Shown here piece by piece: positions 20,029-28,778 of a stretch of 64,000 nt of DNA (the first letter of the stretch is position 1; every line of letters begins with the position of its first letter). A model generated the notes under the pieces. That model was not told the DNA's origin. It worked only from the letters and a program-made list of their open reading frames with translations, and made no database searches. This DNA comes from an uncultured Pelolinea sp. (GTDB lineage Bacteria > Chloroflexota > Anaerolineae > Anaerolineales > Anaerolineaceae), in NCBI GenBank assembly GCA_964493155.1, contig CAZBNE010000001.1:26065-90064 (forward strand). The letters are read 5' to 3'. The translations under genes and the position numbers were made by a program.

Positions 20029-21090
20029 ATGACAACTCTCCGTCATCTCCCGTTGGTTGAAGTAACACGCGGACGGATCGTTGAATCAGTGCATTACGGC
20101 AGCCTATGTGCCGTGCGGCCTGATGGCAGTATCTTGTTCACTCTGGGAGACTCCAAAACCAAATTCTTCCTGCGCTCCTCAGCCAAACCCTTCCAGGCGC
20201 TCGCGTTTCTGGAACGCGGCGGTGCGGAATACTATCGCCTGGAACCTCGCGAGGTCGCGCTGATCTGCGCGTCTCATTCAGGAACGGAGGCGCATATTCA
20301 AGCTCTGGAAGCACTGCAGCGAAAAGTGGGTATTACTGAAACCAGTTTGCTGTGCGGCGCTCACCTGCCATACTCACAGAAAAGCTCCGACCTGTTAATA
20401 AAACAGGGCATCTCTCCCCGTCCAAACCATAATTACTGTTCCGGCAAACATACTGGCATGCTGGCCTTTGCCAAAATGATCGGCGCATCGCTGGAAGATT
20501 ACCTTGATCCTTCCCATCCCGTTCAGAAAGCCATTCTGAATACATTTGCGGAAATGTGCGGATTAAAAACTGAGGAGATCGAACCTGGTATCGACGGCTG
20601 TACTGCGCCTGTTTTTGCGGTGCCATTGACAAAAGCCGCGGCGGCTTATGCACACCTCTGCCAGTCGGATGATCTGCCAGAAAAAAGGGCTGCTGCCTGC
20701 CGGCTGATCACCTCATCTATGTGGGCTCATTCAGATATGGTTGCAGGACCTGAACGCTTTGATACAGATGGTATGGCCGCAGGCAAAGGGGCTTTCATTT
20801 CCAAAGTTGGTGCTGAAGGATATCGCGCGTTGGGAATTTTTCAAGGAAAAGCAGCTGGTTTTGATTCCAGCATTGGCATAACCATGAAGATCAGCGATGG
20901 CGACCCGATCCTGCGCGCTGGCGCGCTGATCGCTATGAATGTCCTTAAAGTTTTTGGCGTTTTGGATGATGGGCAGCGCGCAGCGCTGAAAGCTTATGAC
21001 CGGCGCCCGTTTTTTAATTGGCGCGGCAAGGAAGTTGGCGAGATCCGCCCCACCCCTGAACTGATCCGATCTCTGGCGGCTCTCGGATAA
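20029..21090 (+). CDS. Asparaginase II family protein (Rhizobium-type)
   Basis: Motifs VESVHYG, LRSSAKPFQA, CASHSGT, CSGKHTGML are typical of this family. Confidence 0.7.
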   Translation: MTTLRHLPLVEVTRGRIVESVHYGSLCAVRPDGSILFTLGDSKTKFFLRSSAKPFQALAFLERGGAEYYRLEPREVALICASHSGTEAHIQALEALQRKVGITETSLLCGAHLPYSQKSSDLLIKQGISPRPNHNYCSGKHTGMLAFAKMIGASLEDYLDPSHPVQKAILNTFAEMCGLKTEEIEPGIDGCTAPVFAVPLTKAAAAYAHLCQSDDLPEKRAAACRLITSSMWAHSDMVAGPERFDTDGMAAGKGAFISKVGAEGYRALGIFQGKAAGFDSSIGITMKISDGDPILRAGALIAMNVLKVFGVLDDGQRAALKAYDRRPFFNWRGKEVGEIRPTPELIRSLAALG

Positions 21091-21797
21091 TGGTCAGAAA
21101 ACTGGAAGTTCCGCCGCCTGACGGACAGCTTACAGCTAAAGCGCAAAAAATATTCCAGATACTGGCAGGTGAATTTGGCCTGCCTGATTGGCGCCCCCCG
21201 CTATCAGCATTGGATGAACTGGTTTCTACCATCCTTTCACAGAATACCAACGACGTCAACCGTGATGTCGCTTTCAACCACCTGAAGGAGATTTTCCCTG
21301 TATGGGAAGCAGTGCGCGACGCGCCTGTTGATGATGTGATCGAAGCCATCCGCCCGGCAGGCCTGGCCAATCAGAAAGCCCCGCGCATACAGGCTATTCT
21401 GCGCCAGATCACCGAAGAGCGCGGCTGCCTCGACCTGGAATTTTTGAGCAGTTTTGGGCGAGATCAGGCGCATGCCTGGTTGAGCCGCTTTAAAGGTGTC
21501 GGGCCCAAGACGGCTGCTATTGTGCTGCAGTTTGCACTGGGGATCCCTGCGTTTCCGGTGGATACCCATGTTTACCGCGTCAGCGAGCGGCTTGGGCTGC
21601 GCCCTGACAAGATGAATGTTGAAGACACACATATCTGGCTGGAAAGATTGTTTAAGCCTGACCAGTACGGTCCCGGCCATTTGAACCTCATCCGGCTTGG
21701 TCGCGATATCTGCCATGCGCGCAAGCCGGAATGCGGGCGCTGCCCATTGAAGGATTTATGTGACTATTATCAGGATCACCAAAAACCTTTACGATAG
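21090..21797 (+). CDS. nth: Endonuclease III / HhH-GPD DNA glycosylase with [4Fe-4S] cluster loop
   Basis: HhH motif GVGPKTA, VDTHV, C-terminal CX6CX2CX5C (CHARKPECGRCPLKDLC). The start overlaps the upstream stop by 1 nt. Confidence 0.8.
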   Translation: MVRKLEVPPPDGQLTAKAQKIFQILAGEFGLPDWRPPLSALDELVSTILSQNTNDVNRDVAFNHLKEIFPVWEAVRDAPVDDVIEAIRPAGLANQKAPRIQAILRQITEERGCLDLEFLSSFGRDQAHAWLSRFKGVGPKTAAIVLQFALGIPAFPVDTHVYRVSERLGLRPDKMNVEDTHIWLERLFKPDQYGPGHLNLIRLGRDICHARKPECGRCPLKDLCDYYQDHQKPLR

Positions 21798-21940
21798 AAT
21801 GTTGTTACTTCTATCCAAATATTCCGCAATGTTCAAGGATCACTTCCCGGCGAAAAGCGCTTTGTAGCCCATGCATTTTCCGAGACCATAGTACTTTCGA
21901 AGCAATGTTGCCCCGACTGAAAGGAAAGTAATGTGTGGGT

Positions 21941-21971
21941 ATAAGAAAAGGCGGTCGGGAATGACCGCCTT
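21941..21971 (-). terminator. Intrinsic terminator of the DUF3048 gene
   Basis: Stem AAGGCGGTC / GACCGCCTT with a GGGAAT loop. The minus-strand RNA continues UUUUCUU. Confidence 0.6.
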
Positions 21972-22020
21972 AAAACAACCTCATAGCCCCCAGACATATA
22001 TGCCTGGGAACAAATATCAA

Positions 22021-23280
22021 TCAATTCCCAAGTTTGAAGTAAACGCCCCAATAACCGGAACCCTTGCTTCGCCCTGCTGCCAGCTGGTTATACTTTTCCG
22101 AGTTCACGGTCTCCCAATAAGCCACGTAATTCGGCACGATCTCTACCCAGGTCTGGCCGGGCTTGAAAGCGATCGGAACACCATCCGCGTCCATGAATCT
22201 GATCGGGCGCAGCCGTCCAGTAGTTTTCTCATATTCCTCGCTCAAAGTGGTCCAGTAAATTTCCTGCATTACGCCATCTCTAAAGAGCAGTGCCTTGCCG
22301 CGTTTAACATATAAAAGCTCCAGATCAATCAGGGTTACCTTCTGAACATCATGATCGGTGAAAAGTACCACAACATTTTCGTAAGTCAGCGGTTCGCCAT
22401 TCAGGCGGTCTGTCTGCTCGATAAAGGTAGCGCCATCGGCGTTGTCCTGCCAGCGGTGATAAGAGCCGTCTGTTTCGTTAAAACGCCAGAATATCTGGTT
22501 CTTAAAGGCATAGAAGATCCACAGGGATTGCGCTTTCTTTCCATCCTTCGGGATCTGGGGATCAAATACCATGCCGCTCAGGTTCATTTCACCCAAAGCT
22601 TTCTGGTTGGCTTTTGCCACATCCTTCAGTCTGTCCACCGGCATAAGGGCGCTGTTGATATCATGGTTGTCATCGCCATACACATTGACGTAATCCTTTA
22701 ATTGTGCAGCCACTTTGGAAAAGGCAGAAGCCATGACAATGAATCCGTTGTAAAGTTTGCGGATGTGTTCATAGGGAAGGCGCCCGGATCGGACAGGTCC
22801 GACCACAGGTATCGGCAGTTCTCCAGTATCCGGGACTGATGAGCGTGGATAGTCGCCGTAAAACAGTGCCAGATAGCGCGTCATGCCTTCGCCGATGAAC
22901 ATTTCAAACACCATCGGGCTGTATGAGAGCCCGGCCTGAGGGCGCGCGGAGGGTGGAAAGTTGGTTACCGACACCAGCGCCGGGGGCAGCAGCAGATTTT
23001 CAGGATCCTCGACAGGAAGGCCGGTCAGAGGATTTATGGATGACTCCGCTTCATGTGCGGCGCCAAGTTCTTGTACAGTGCTTTCCGGCTCATTGGTTGG
23101 CCGCACCTGATCATCTGAATCTTCAGATACACCTGCGGTTTCAGGTATCGGAGTTGCAATCGGGTCTGGAGAAGAATTTTGATTGTTGGTTTCAGACATT
23201 GCCGATGCTGAGTCTAATTGGCACACCGTGAGCGTAAAAGCGGCGATGATGGATAAGGTTATTAATTTTCTTGCGTTCAT
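22021..23280 (-). CDS. Secreted DUF3048-family protein
   Basis: Signal peptide/lipobox (LTVC), low-complexity linker, then NPLTGLP...ARPQAGLSYSPMVFE...typical of DUF3048. Confidence 0.7.
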   Translation of the reverse strand: MNARKLITLSIIAAFTLTVCQLDSASAMSETNNQNSSPDPIATPIPETAGVSEDSDDQVRPTNEPESTVQELGAAHEAESSINPLTGLPVEDPENLLLPPALVSVTNFPPSARPQAGLSYSPMVFEMFIGEGMTRYLALFYGDYPRSSVPDTGELPIPVVGPVRSGRLPYEHIRKLYNGFIVMASAFSKVAAQLKDYVNVYGDDNHDINSALMPVDRLKDVAKANQKALGEMNLSGMVFDPQIPKDGKKAQSLWIFYAFKNQIFWRFNETDGSYHRWQDNADGATFIEQTDRLNGEPLTYENVVVLFTDHDVQKVTLIDLELLYVKRGKALLFRDGVMQEIYWTTLSEEYEKTTGRLRPIRFMDADGVPIAFKPGQTWVEIVPNYVAYWETVNSEKYNQLAAGRSKGSGYWGVYFKLGN

Positions 23281-23342
23281 CTTTTCCTTTTTACAGCGGT
23301 TGATTATTCATCTTTTCCCGCCGCTTAATAACAAAAAAGATC

Positions 23343-23420
23343 TTCAGCAGCCTGGCAGTCATCACTTGCGTTTTAGACCCATGGCTTTGCGCCACCGGTT
23401 TTCACCGGATTTGCTTTTTT
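23343..23420 (-). promoter_or_regulatory. c-di-GMP-I (GEMM-I) riboswitch, copy 2
   Basis: Minus-strand RNA AGCAAAUCCGGUGAAAACCGGUGGCGCAAAGCCAUGGGUCUAAAAC...GACUGCCAGGCUGCUGAAG. GAAA tetraloop hairpin. About 60 nt upstream of ATG 23280. Confidence 0.85.
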
Positions 23421-23440
23421 CGATCTATTGTTATACAGCT

Positions 23441-23468
23441 AATATACCACGAATTGTAAAATATTCAA
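23441..23468 (-). promoter_or_regulatory. Promoter for riboswitch copy 2 / DUF3048 gene
   Basis: Minus strand: TTGAAT (23468-23463), 16 nt spacer ending in TGG, TATATT (23446-23441), giving an extended -10. Confidence 0.5.
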
Positions 23469-23676
23469 TTGGAAAATATGGATATTTTTTACCCGGCAAA
23501 AATCGTGCTGAATAAAGAAATAATTCATCGATCTATATCGATTTTTTTATCCTTGTTCATCCACGGTTAATCATTTTTTCCCTATTGACAAATTTTAAAA
23601 AAGTCTTAAACTTATGGTATAGTGGTATGACCAACATACCACCCAAATGATCGTTATTGATGCAAAAGGAGAAAAA

Positions 23677-24432
23677 ATGAAAACAAAAATCTTTGCTCTG
23701 TTGATCGCAGGAGCACTTTTTCTTTCAGCTTGCGGCGGATTGCCGAGCCTGGGGATTGGCAGCGCTGCAAAAAATGCTGAGGAAATGGAGCTTCAGGAGA
23801 TCAAGCCCAGGCCAACCGAAGCTGTACTTACAGATGCCGCCTTTTTCCGCGATGAGCTTGATAAAGATATCAACAATGATTGGGGCTTGAAAGTCATTTC
23901 AGGCCTTGAAGAACAATTGGTCAGCTCGCAGGTCAATGGCAAGTTTCGCATGCAAACTTTGCCGCCCAATGATGTCAACTATGTTTTCCTGAACAAAAAG
24001 CATGCGTATAAAGATGTTATCGTGCAGGCGCAGGTTGAAAACTCCGGCCAGCTTGACAATGCTTTCTCGCTTATCTGCCGCGCCACAGAAGCTGGCTGGT
24101 ATGAATTCCGCATCAGCAGCAGCGGATACTATGAACTTCTGCGTTTTGACCAGTACAAGAAGAACGAAGGCCGTAACGCATATACAAGTTTCATTGAAAA
24201 ACGTGTCGGCAGTTCTCTGATTAAAAGCGGGCTGGACAAGAACGTGTTCTCCCTGTCCTGCGTTGGTGATGTCATTACTGTCTTTATTAATGGCGAACAG
24301 CCCTACTGGGAAAAACGCCCGCTTGCCGTACAAGATAATTCATTCAGCGAAGGTACCATCGGCTTTGGCTTTGCAGGTTATGGCCAGACATTGGATGCTG
24401 CGTTCGATTGGGTGGAAGCGGTAAAACCTTAA
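23677..24432 (+). CDS. Secreted lipoprotein with ConA/LamG-like (DUF1080-like) domain
   Basis: Lipobox LSAC. The pattern NAFSLICRATEAGWYEFRISSSGYYELLRF...GTIGFGF...FDWVE is shared with the 45643-46335 paralog. AAGGAG RBS before ATG 23677. Confidence 0.55.
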   Translation: MKTKIFALLIAGALFLSACGGLPSLGIGSAAKNAEEMELQEIKPRPTEAVLTDAAFFRDELDKDINNDWGLKVISGLEEQLVSSQVNGKFRMQTLPPNDVNYVFLNKKHAYKDVIVQAQVENSGQLDNAFSLICRATEAGWYEFRISSSGYYELLRFDQYKKNEGRNAYTSFIEKRVGSSLIKSGLDKNVFSLSCVGDVITVFINGEQPYWEKRPLAVQDNSFSEGTIGFGFAGYGQTLDAAFDWVEAVKP

Positions 24433-24454
24433 GCAAGTCCTTTGAATGCGAAAA

Positions 24455-24486
24455 AAGGAAGGTCGCCCTCGCCTTCCTTTTTTTCA
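24455..24486 (+). terminator. Intrinsic terminator
   Basis: Stem AAGGAAGG / CCTTCCTT followed by a T run. Confidence 0.75.
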
Positions 24487-24493
24487 TTTAACC

Positions 24494-24521
24494 TTGCGAT
24501 GAAAAATGTTTCCGATATAAT
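24494..24521 (+). promoter_or_regulatory. Candidate promoter of the NurA / HAS-barrel / HerA operon
   Basis: TTGCGA (24494-24499), 16 nt spacer, TATAAT (24516-24521). Confidence 0.5.
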
Positions 24522-24556
24522 CACCATCATGGCCGAGTCAGAATGGGGATCCCCGT

Positions 24557-25705
24557 ATGCCGCTTAACTATCTTCAGCTACAACCGCAGATCGAACAATA
24601 CGGCCAGCGCGCTGTCATGAACAGTCAGGATCTCGACGCCAAATTGAAGATCGCTCTTGAATTATTGCATATGTGCGGCCGGCAGCATACCGGTATCCGT
24701 TCTACGCTCAATGAAAAAATTACAGGAAGCCGGCAAGGCGACCGCACTGCACTGCTTTCATATGAACCTGCAGATTCTGCGGTAGATATCCCGGTAACAG
24801 ATTCAAATTATATTTTACTGACGTCTGATGGCTCACAGATCATCCCCGATCCGCATGATGCCCTGCCGGTTGCGCTGATCAACACCAGCCGGTTGTGTTA
24901 TGAACCTGGCAGCGGGCGGGCCCCGCAAGTGGAGGTTTTCACACGCTTCCTTACAGATGCCAGTGGTCAGATCGAACTGGATCAGGTCAGCGAAGACCTG
25001 GTCTCATTGAAACGCGATGTTGAGGAATTGCGTGTCCTGGCGGAATGGCAGAATGACTCCGGTCATCAGGTCATCGCGCTCGGTGACGGACCTCTGGAGC
25101 TTTTCCATCAACCGCGCAGTGCGGCGGATTTTGCCAATGCCTTTGATATGTATCAATCAGCGTTACGTGATTTGCGGAGTAATAAAGCAATCATAGCCGG
25201 ATATACCGACCGGCAGCGCTCGCCTCTGGTGATCAAAATGCTTGAATCTTTGGATGAAAAATTTCATCTGGATGGACTGGATGACCTGGTTTTGTTTAGC
25301 GCAGTGCTTGAACCCGGTCAACGCTCGGCGATTTTTGAGCTGTGGTCCACTTCGAGCCAGAAGTACACGGGCGATCTGGCACTACATTTTTTTTATCTGA
25401 ATGTTGGCAGCAAGAAATTCCCGTGGCTTGCTCGTGTTGAAATTCCCGCCTGGGTGGCTGCTGATGCGGATCGGGTCAGCCTGCTCCAGAACGCTCTGCT
25501 TGAGCAGTGCCGCCTGATGGGTACCCGCCCCTACCCTTACCTGCTGCACCGGGCGCATGAAGAAGCGGTGGTGCATTTTGATGAAAAAGAACAGTTGATC
25601 GCCCGCCTGGCGCTCGAGCTTCAGCGCCATGGGCTGGGGATTAGCACTCAATCCAACAAACTAAGCGCCAAAGAACTGCAATCAAGGACAAGGATGGCAA
25701 AATGA
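24557..25705 (+). CDS. NurA-domain nuclease-like protein
   Basis: NurA-like motif order: LLTSDGSQI, ALGDGPLE, AGYTDRQRS, YLLHRAHEEAVV. Confidence 0.65.
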   Translation: MPLNYLQLQPQIEQYGQRAVMNSQDLDAKLKIALELLHMCGRQHTGIRSTLNEKITGSRQGDRTALLSYEPADSAVDIPVTDSNYILLTSDGSQIIPDPHDALPVALINTSRLCYEPGSGRAPQVEVFTRFLTDASGQIELDQVSEDLVSLKRDVEELRVLAEWQNDSGHQVIALGDGPLELFHQPRSAADFANAFDMYQSALRDLRSNKAIIAGYTDRQRSPLVIKMLESLDEKFHLDGLDDLVLFSAVLEPGQRSAIFELWSTSSQKYTGDLALHFFYLNVGSKKFPWLARVEIPAWVAADADRVSLLQNALLEQCRLMGTRPYPYLLHRAHEEAVVHFDEKEQLIARLALELQRHGLGISTQSNKLSAKELQSRTRMAK

Positions 25706-26319
25706 GCGAAATTCATATCGGGCGCCTGCTGCGCGCCAATACCCGCGGATGTGTGGCTGGTTGCCAGATCAATCAGCCTTTTCCGGCTTTCGGTTCAATG
25801 GTCAGCATCCCGCTGGATAACGGCCTAAAAGCGTATGGTTTGGTGACCGATATCCATATTGACGATGACGGGCTGGTACGCCAGCTGGCCGCTTCAGACA
25901 GTCTGCCCGAAGAAGTCATTCAGGATAACCGCCTGAACCGCAATGTTCCTGTGGAATTGAGCGTGCTTTTCATCGGTTCTTCTGACAATGGCAGGGTTTC
26001 GCACCTGCTGCCGCCCCGTCCGCCATTATCTCTTGACCGTATGTTCACCTGCCCGGATGAAGAGATCCGTGCTTTCACATCCTCCGGACGCTTCAGTTAT
26101 CTGCGCCACATCCTGGGTGCGCTGGACCTGCCCGCACCTGATCTGCTGGCCGCGCACCTGATGCAGGCGGGCAAGGCGCATGCCGCCGAAGCCAATGCGG
26201 TCTGGGCTAAGGAAGCCATCCAGGAGATCATCACTCTGCTGCGTGATAATCACGCGGCGCTCACGGCGGTGCTGGGCGCAATCGCCGATGCCTATCCGGG
26301 TTTTGCGGTAGAAGATTAA
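25702..26319 (+). CDS. Uncharacterized protein with HAS-barrel-like N-terminal region
   Basis: ATGA start/stop overlap with the upstream gene. The N-terminus IHIGRLL...FGSMVSIPLDNGLKAYGLVTDIHI parallels the N-terminus of the downstream ATPase (VGYVVS...EGSFIVIESGDWQFYGIAIDLQL). Confidence 0.5.
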   Translation: MSEIHIGRLLRANTRGCVAGCQINQPFPAFGSMVSIPLDNGLKAYGLVTDIHIDDDGLVRQLAASDSLPEEVIQDNRLNRNVPVELSVLFIGSSDNGRVSHLLPPRPPLSLDRMFTCPDEEIRAFTSSGRFSYLRHILGALDLPAPDLLAAHLMQAGKAHAAEANAVWAKEAIQEIITLLRDNHAALTAVLGAIADAYPGFAVED

Positions 26320-26330
26320 GGGAGTCAGCC

Positions 26331-28076
26331 ATGGCAGAATTAAAAACATCCTCTGAAAATCCCCCCCAATCGGTAGGTTACGTGGTCAGCGGGGGATTAA
26401 AAGAAAACCTGAACGTGCGCCTCACCGTACCGGCGCATGAGGTTCAGGAAGGTTCGTTTATTGTCATTGAAAGCGGTGATTGGCAGTTCTACGGCATCGC
26501 CATCGATCTGCAGCTGGGCGCCACCGACCCGCGCTTTGCCGACGAACAAAGCGAAACTCGTCTGCCGCCAGCCCTGGCAGCGCTGCTGCACGGGCAGACC
26601 TTGTTCACAAATCTGGTAGTAATGCCCGCGCTGATGCTTGAACGCGGCCCTGATCCCGAAGGTGCAGATTATGCCAAGGCTTATCCTGTTTGGCGTGCGC
26701 CTATTGACGCAGGCGACAAAGAAGAGCCGCGCCCCATGCCAGTCAAAACCCTGCCCGCTCACCACGCGCAGGCGCGCCTGGCCGCTTCCGGGGATATCGC
26801 CGAGATCTTTGGCGACCCCGGGCAACCGGGAAATTTTACCGTTGGCACTACCCGCGAGCAGAATCATCCGGTCTGCCTAAACCTGGAAAAATTCGTGCAG
26901 CGCTCTTCAGGCATTTTCGGCGCTACCGGCACCGGCAAATCTTTCCTGACGCGTATTTTACTGACAGGCCTGATCGACCACGACAAAGCCTCGGTTCTTG
27001 TATATGACATGCACAATGAATACGGGCTGGACGACACCGCCTCAGACACAGGCAAGAATGTGATCGGACTGCGTACCGCTTTCGGACGCGCCAAAGTTCA
27101 GATCGTCGGTCTCGGTGCTGATACAAAGATTCGTGAAACCGTACCGGATTTCAACCTGGTTCTGGATTACAGCGACATCACCACTGCTGATATCGAACTG
27201 CTGACGCGCGAGCTGAACCTGAAAGAAACCACCCCGACCACACTGGATGCCCTGGTGACCTCCTTTGGGCAGGATGGCTGGTTCAAGGAATTTAAGGAGA
27301 TGAAAACTGATGCCTGGGTTGAGGACGCCGATGGCAAGAAAGTGCCGGCGCCAGGCAGCGTTGCCCACTGGGCGAACAGCAATGGAGTTAATGTTATGGC
27401 AGCCGAAGGGCTGCACAGCAAGCTTAAACGCGTTTTCAATCTGGATTACATCATTGAAAACCCTCCTTCTGACAGCATCCGTGACATCATCGAGGCCTTG
27501 AAGAAGGGCAAGCATATCGTACTCTCCTTCGGCAGGCACGAGACAGACCTCGACTATTTGCTGGTTTCCAATTTGCTCACACGCCGCATCCGCGACGAAT
27601 GGGAAAAGCTGACCAATGCCTTCCGCAGCCAGAGCGCCCCCGAACCGCGCCCTCTGGTGATCGCCGTGGAAGAAGCCCACAAGCTACTCAATCGTGAGAT
27701 GGCGGCGCAGACTACCTTCAGCACCATCGCCCGCGAAATGCGCAAGTATTATGTCACGCTGCTGGTCATTGACCAACGCCCGTCGCAGATCTATGACGAG
27801 GTTATGTCGCAGCTTGGAACGCGCGTGTGCGGCTGGCTGGGGGATGACGATGATGTCAGCGCGGCACTCTCAGGCCTGGCTTCACGCGATGCGCTGCGCG
27901 GCATGCTGGCGCGCCTGCAGCCCAAAGAAGAGGTGCTGCTGCTGGGCTGGGGTGTTCCCATGCCCATCCTGGTGCGCTCCAGGCGCTATGATCAGCAGTT
28001 CTGGAATGAGATCAAAAGCGCAAATAAAGGTGATTTTAATCGGGATAAAACGATCAGCACGATGTGGCCGGGCTGA
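26331..28076 (+). CDS. HerA/FtsK-superfamily ATPase (DUF87/HerA-like) with N-terminal HAS barrel
   Basis: Walker A GATGTGKSF, Walker B-like LVIAVEEAHKLL, LLVIDQRPSQI. AAGGGAG RBS. Confidence 0.75.
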   Translation: MAELKTSSENPPQSVGYVVSGGLKENLNVRLTVPAHEVQEGSFIVIESGDWQFYGIAIDLQLGATDPRFADEQSETRLPPALAALLHGQTLFTNLVVMPALMLERGPDPEGADYAKAYPVWRAPIDAGDKEEPRPMPVKTLPAHHAQARLAASGDIAEIFGDPGQPGNFTVGTTREQNHPVCLNLEKFVQRSSGIFGATGTGKSFLTRILLTGLIDHDKASVLVYDMHNEYGLDDTASDTGKNVIGLRTAFGRAKVQIVGLGADTKIRETVPDFNLVLDYSDITTADIELLTRELNLKETTPTTLDALVTSFGQDGWFKEFKEMKTDAWVEDADGKKVPAPGSVAHWANSNGVNVMAAEGLHSKLKRVFNLDYIIENPPSDSIRDIIEALKKGKHIVLSFGRHETDLDYLLVSNLLTRRIRDEWEKLTNAFRSQSAPEPRPLVIAVEEAHKLLNREMAAQTTFSTIAREMRKYYVTLLVIDQRPSQIYDEVMSQLGTRVCGWLGDDDDVSAALSGLASRDALRGMLARLQPKEEVLLLGWGVPMPILVRSRRYDQQFWNEIKSANKGDFNRDKTISTMWPG

Positions 28077-28524
28077 TTGGAAGCAGCCAGAAGAGCACAA
28101 CGCTGATGACGATACCCAGAATGACACCGGTGATGACCTCAAAAGGCGTGTGGCCGAGTACTTCTTTTAATTCTTTTTCGGGAATGCCGGTGCCTTCAAA
28201 AAGAGATTTCATCATTTCATTAATGCGTTCAGCATGGATGCCCGCCTGTCGTCGCACACCGGCGGCATCATAAATAACGACCATGCTGATGGCAAATGAC
28301 AGCGCGAAAAGGGGTGAACCAAAACCTTCCTGTAGTCCGATCGCCAGGGTTACTGAAGTAACCAGCGCCGAATGAGAACTGGGCATGCCGCCGGGGCTGA
28401 AAATGATGCCCCAATTCCATCTCTTATTAAAAAAATAATCCAGCGGCGCCTTAAGGAACTGCCCGATGCCCCAGGACAGGATGGCAGCTATAAGCACATT
28501 GTTATGAATGAGGCTGCACAGCAT
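28054..28524 (-). CDS. Divergent PAP2 family (DUF212) membrane protein
   Basis: GGMPSSHSALVTS motif, 4 TM helices. ATG 28524 preferred over TTG 28542. Confidence 0.7.
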   Translation of the reverse strand: MLCSLIHNNVLIAAILSWGIGQFLKAPLDYFFNKRWNWGIIFSPGGMPSSHSALVTSVTLAIGLQEGFGSPLFALSFAISMVVIYDAAGVRRQAGIHAERINEMMKSLFEGTGIPEKELKEVLGHTPFEVITGVILGIVISVVLFWLLPISPATSC

Positions 28525-28525
28525 A

Positions 28526-28762
28526 TCAGTTCTTTTCCTCAAGCTCAGTCTCTTCCCCTTCAGCAGTCAACTGGCGCACCTTAAGCTCCGCTTTTTCCAG
28601 CAGTTCCTGACAGTGTGCGATCAGTGCCTTGCCGCGCTCGAACATGGCCATGGTGCCTTGCAGATCTCTGGATTCACCTTCCAAAGCAGAAAGCAGGATT
28701 TCAAGTTCCTCTAATGCCTGTTCATAGCTCATGTCCTGTACGGACGCAGATGTTTTTGCCAT
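28526..28762 (-). CDS. xseB: Exodeoxyribonuclease VII small subunit
   Basis: The SYEQALEELEILLSALE... helical hairpin is typical of XseB. GAGGGA RBS before ATG 28762. Confidence 0.85.
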   Translation of the reverse strand: MAKTSASVQDMSYEQALEELEILLSALEGESRDLQGTMAMFERGKALIAHCQELLEKAELKVRQLTAEGEETELEEKN

Positions 28763-28778
28763 CGGTTTTTCCCTCAAA

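Noticed and set aside
27042-27680. 212-aa minus-strand ORF inside the HerA-like gene (with 26397-26867 and 26026-26349)
   Set aside because: These ORFs are antisense to a gene with Walker motifs. They have no RBS and no recognisable family. They are shadow ORFs.
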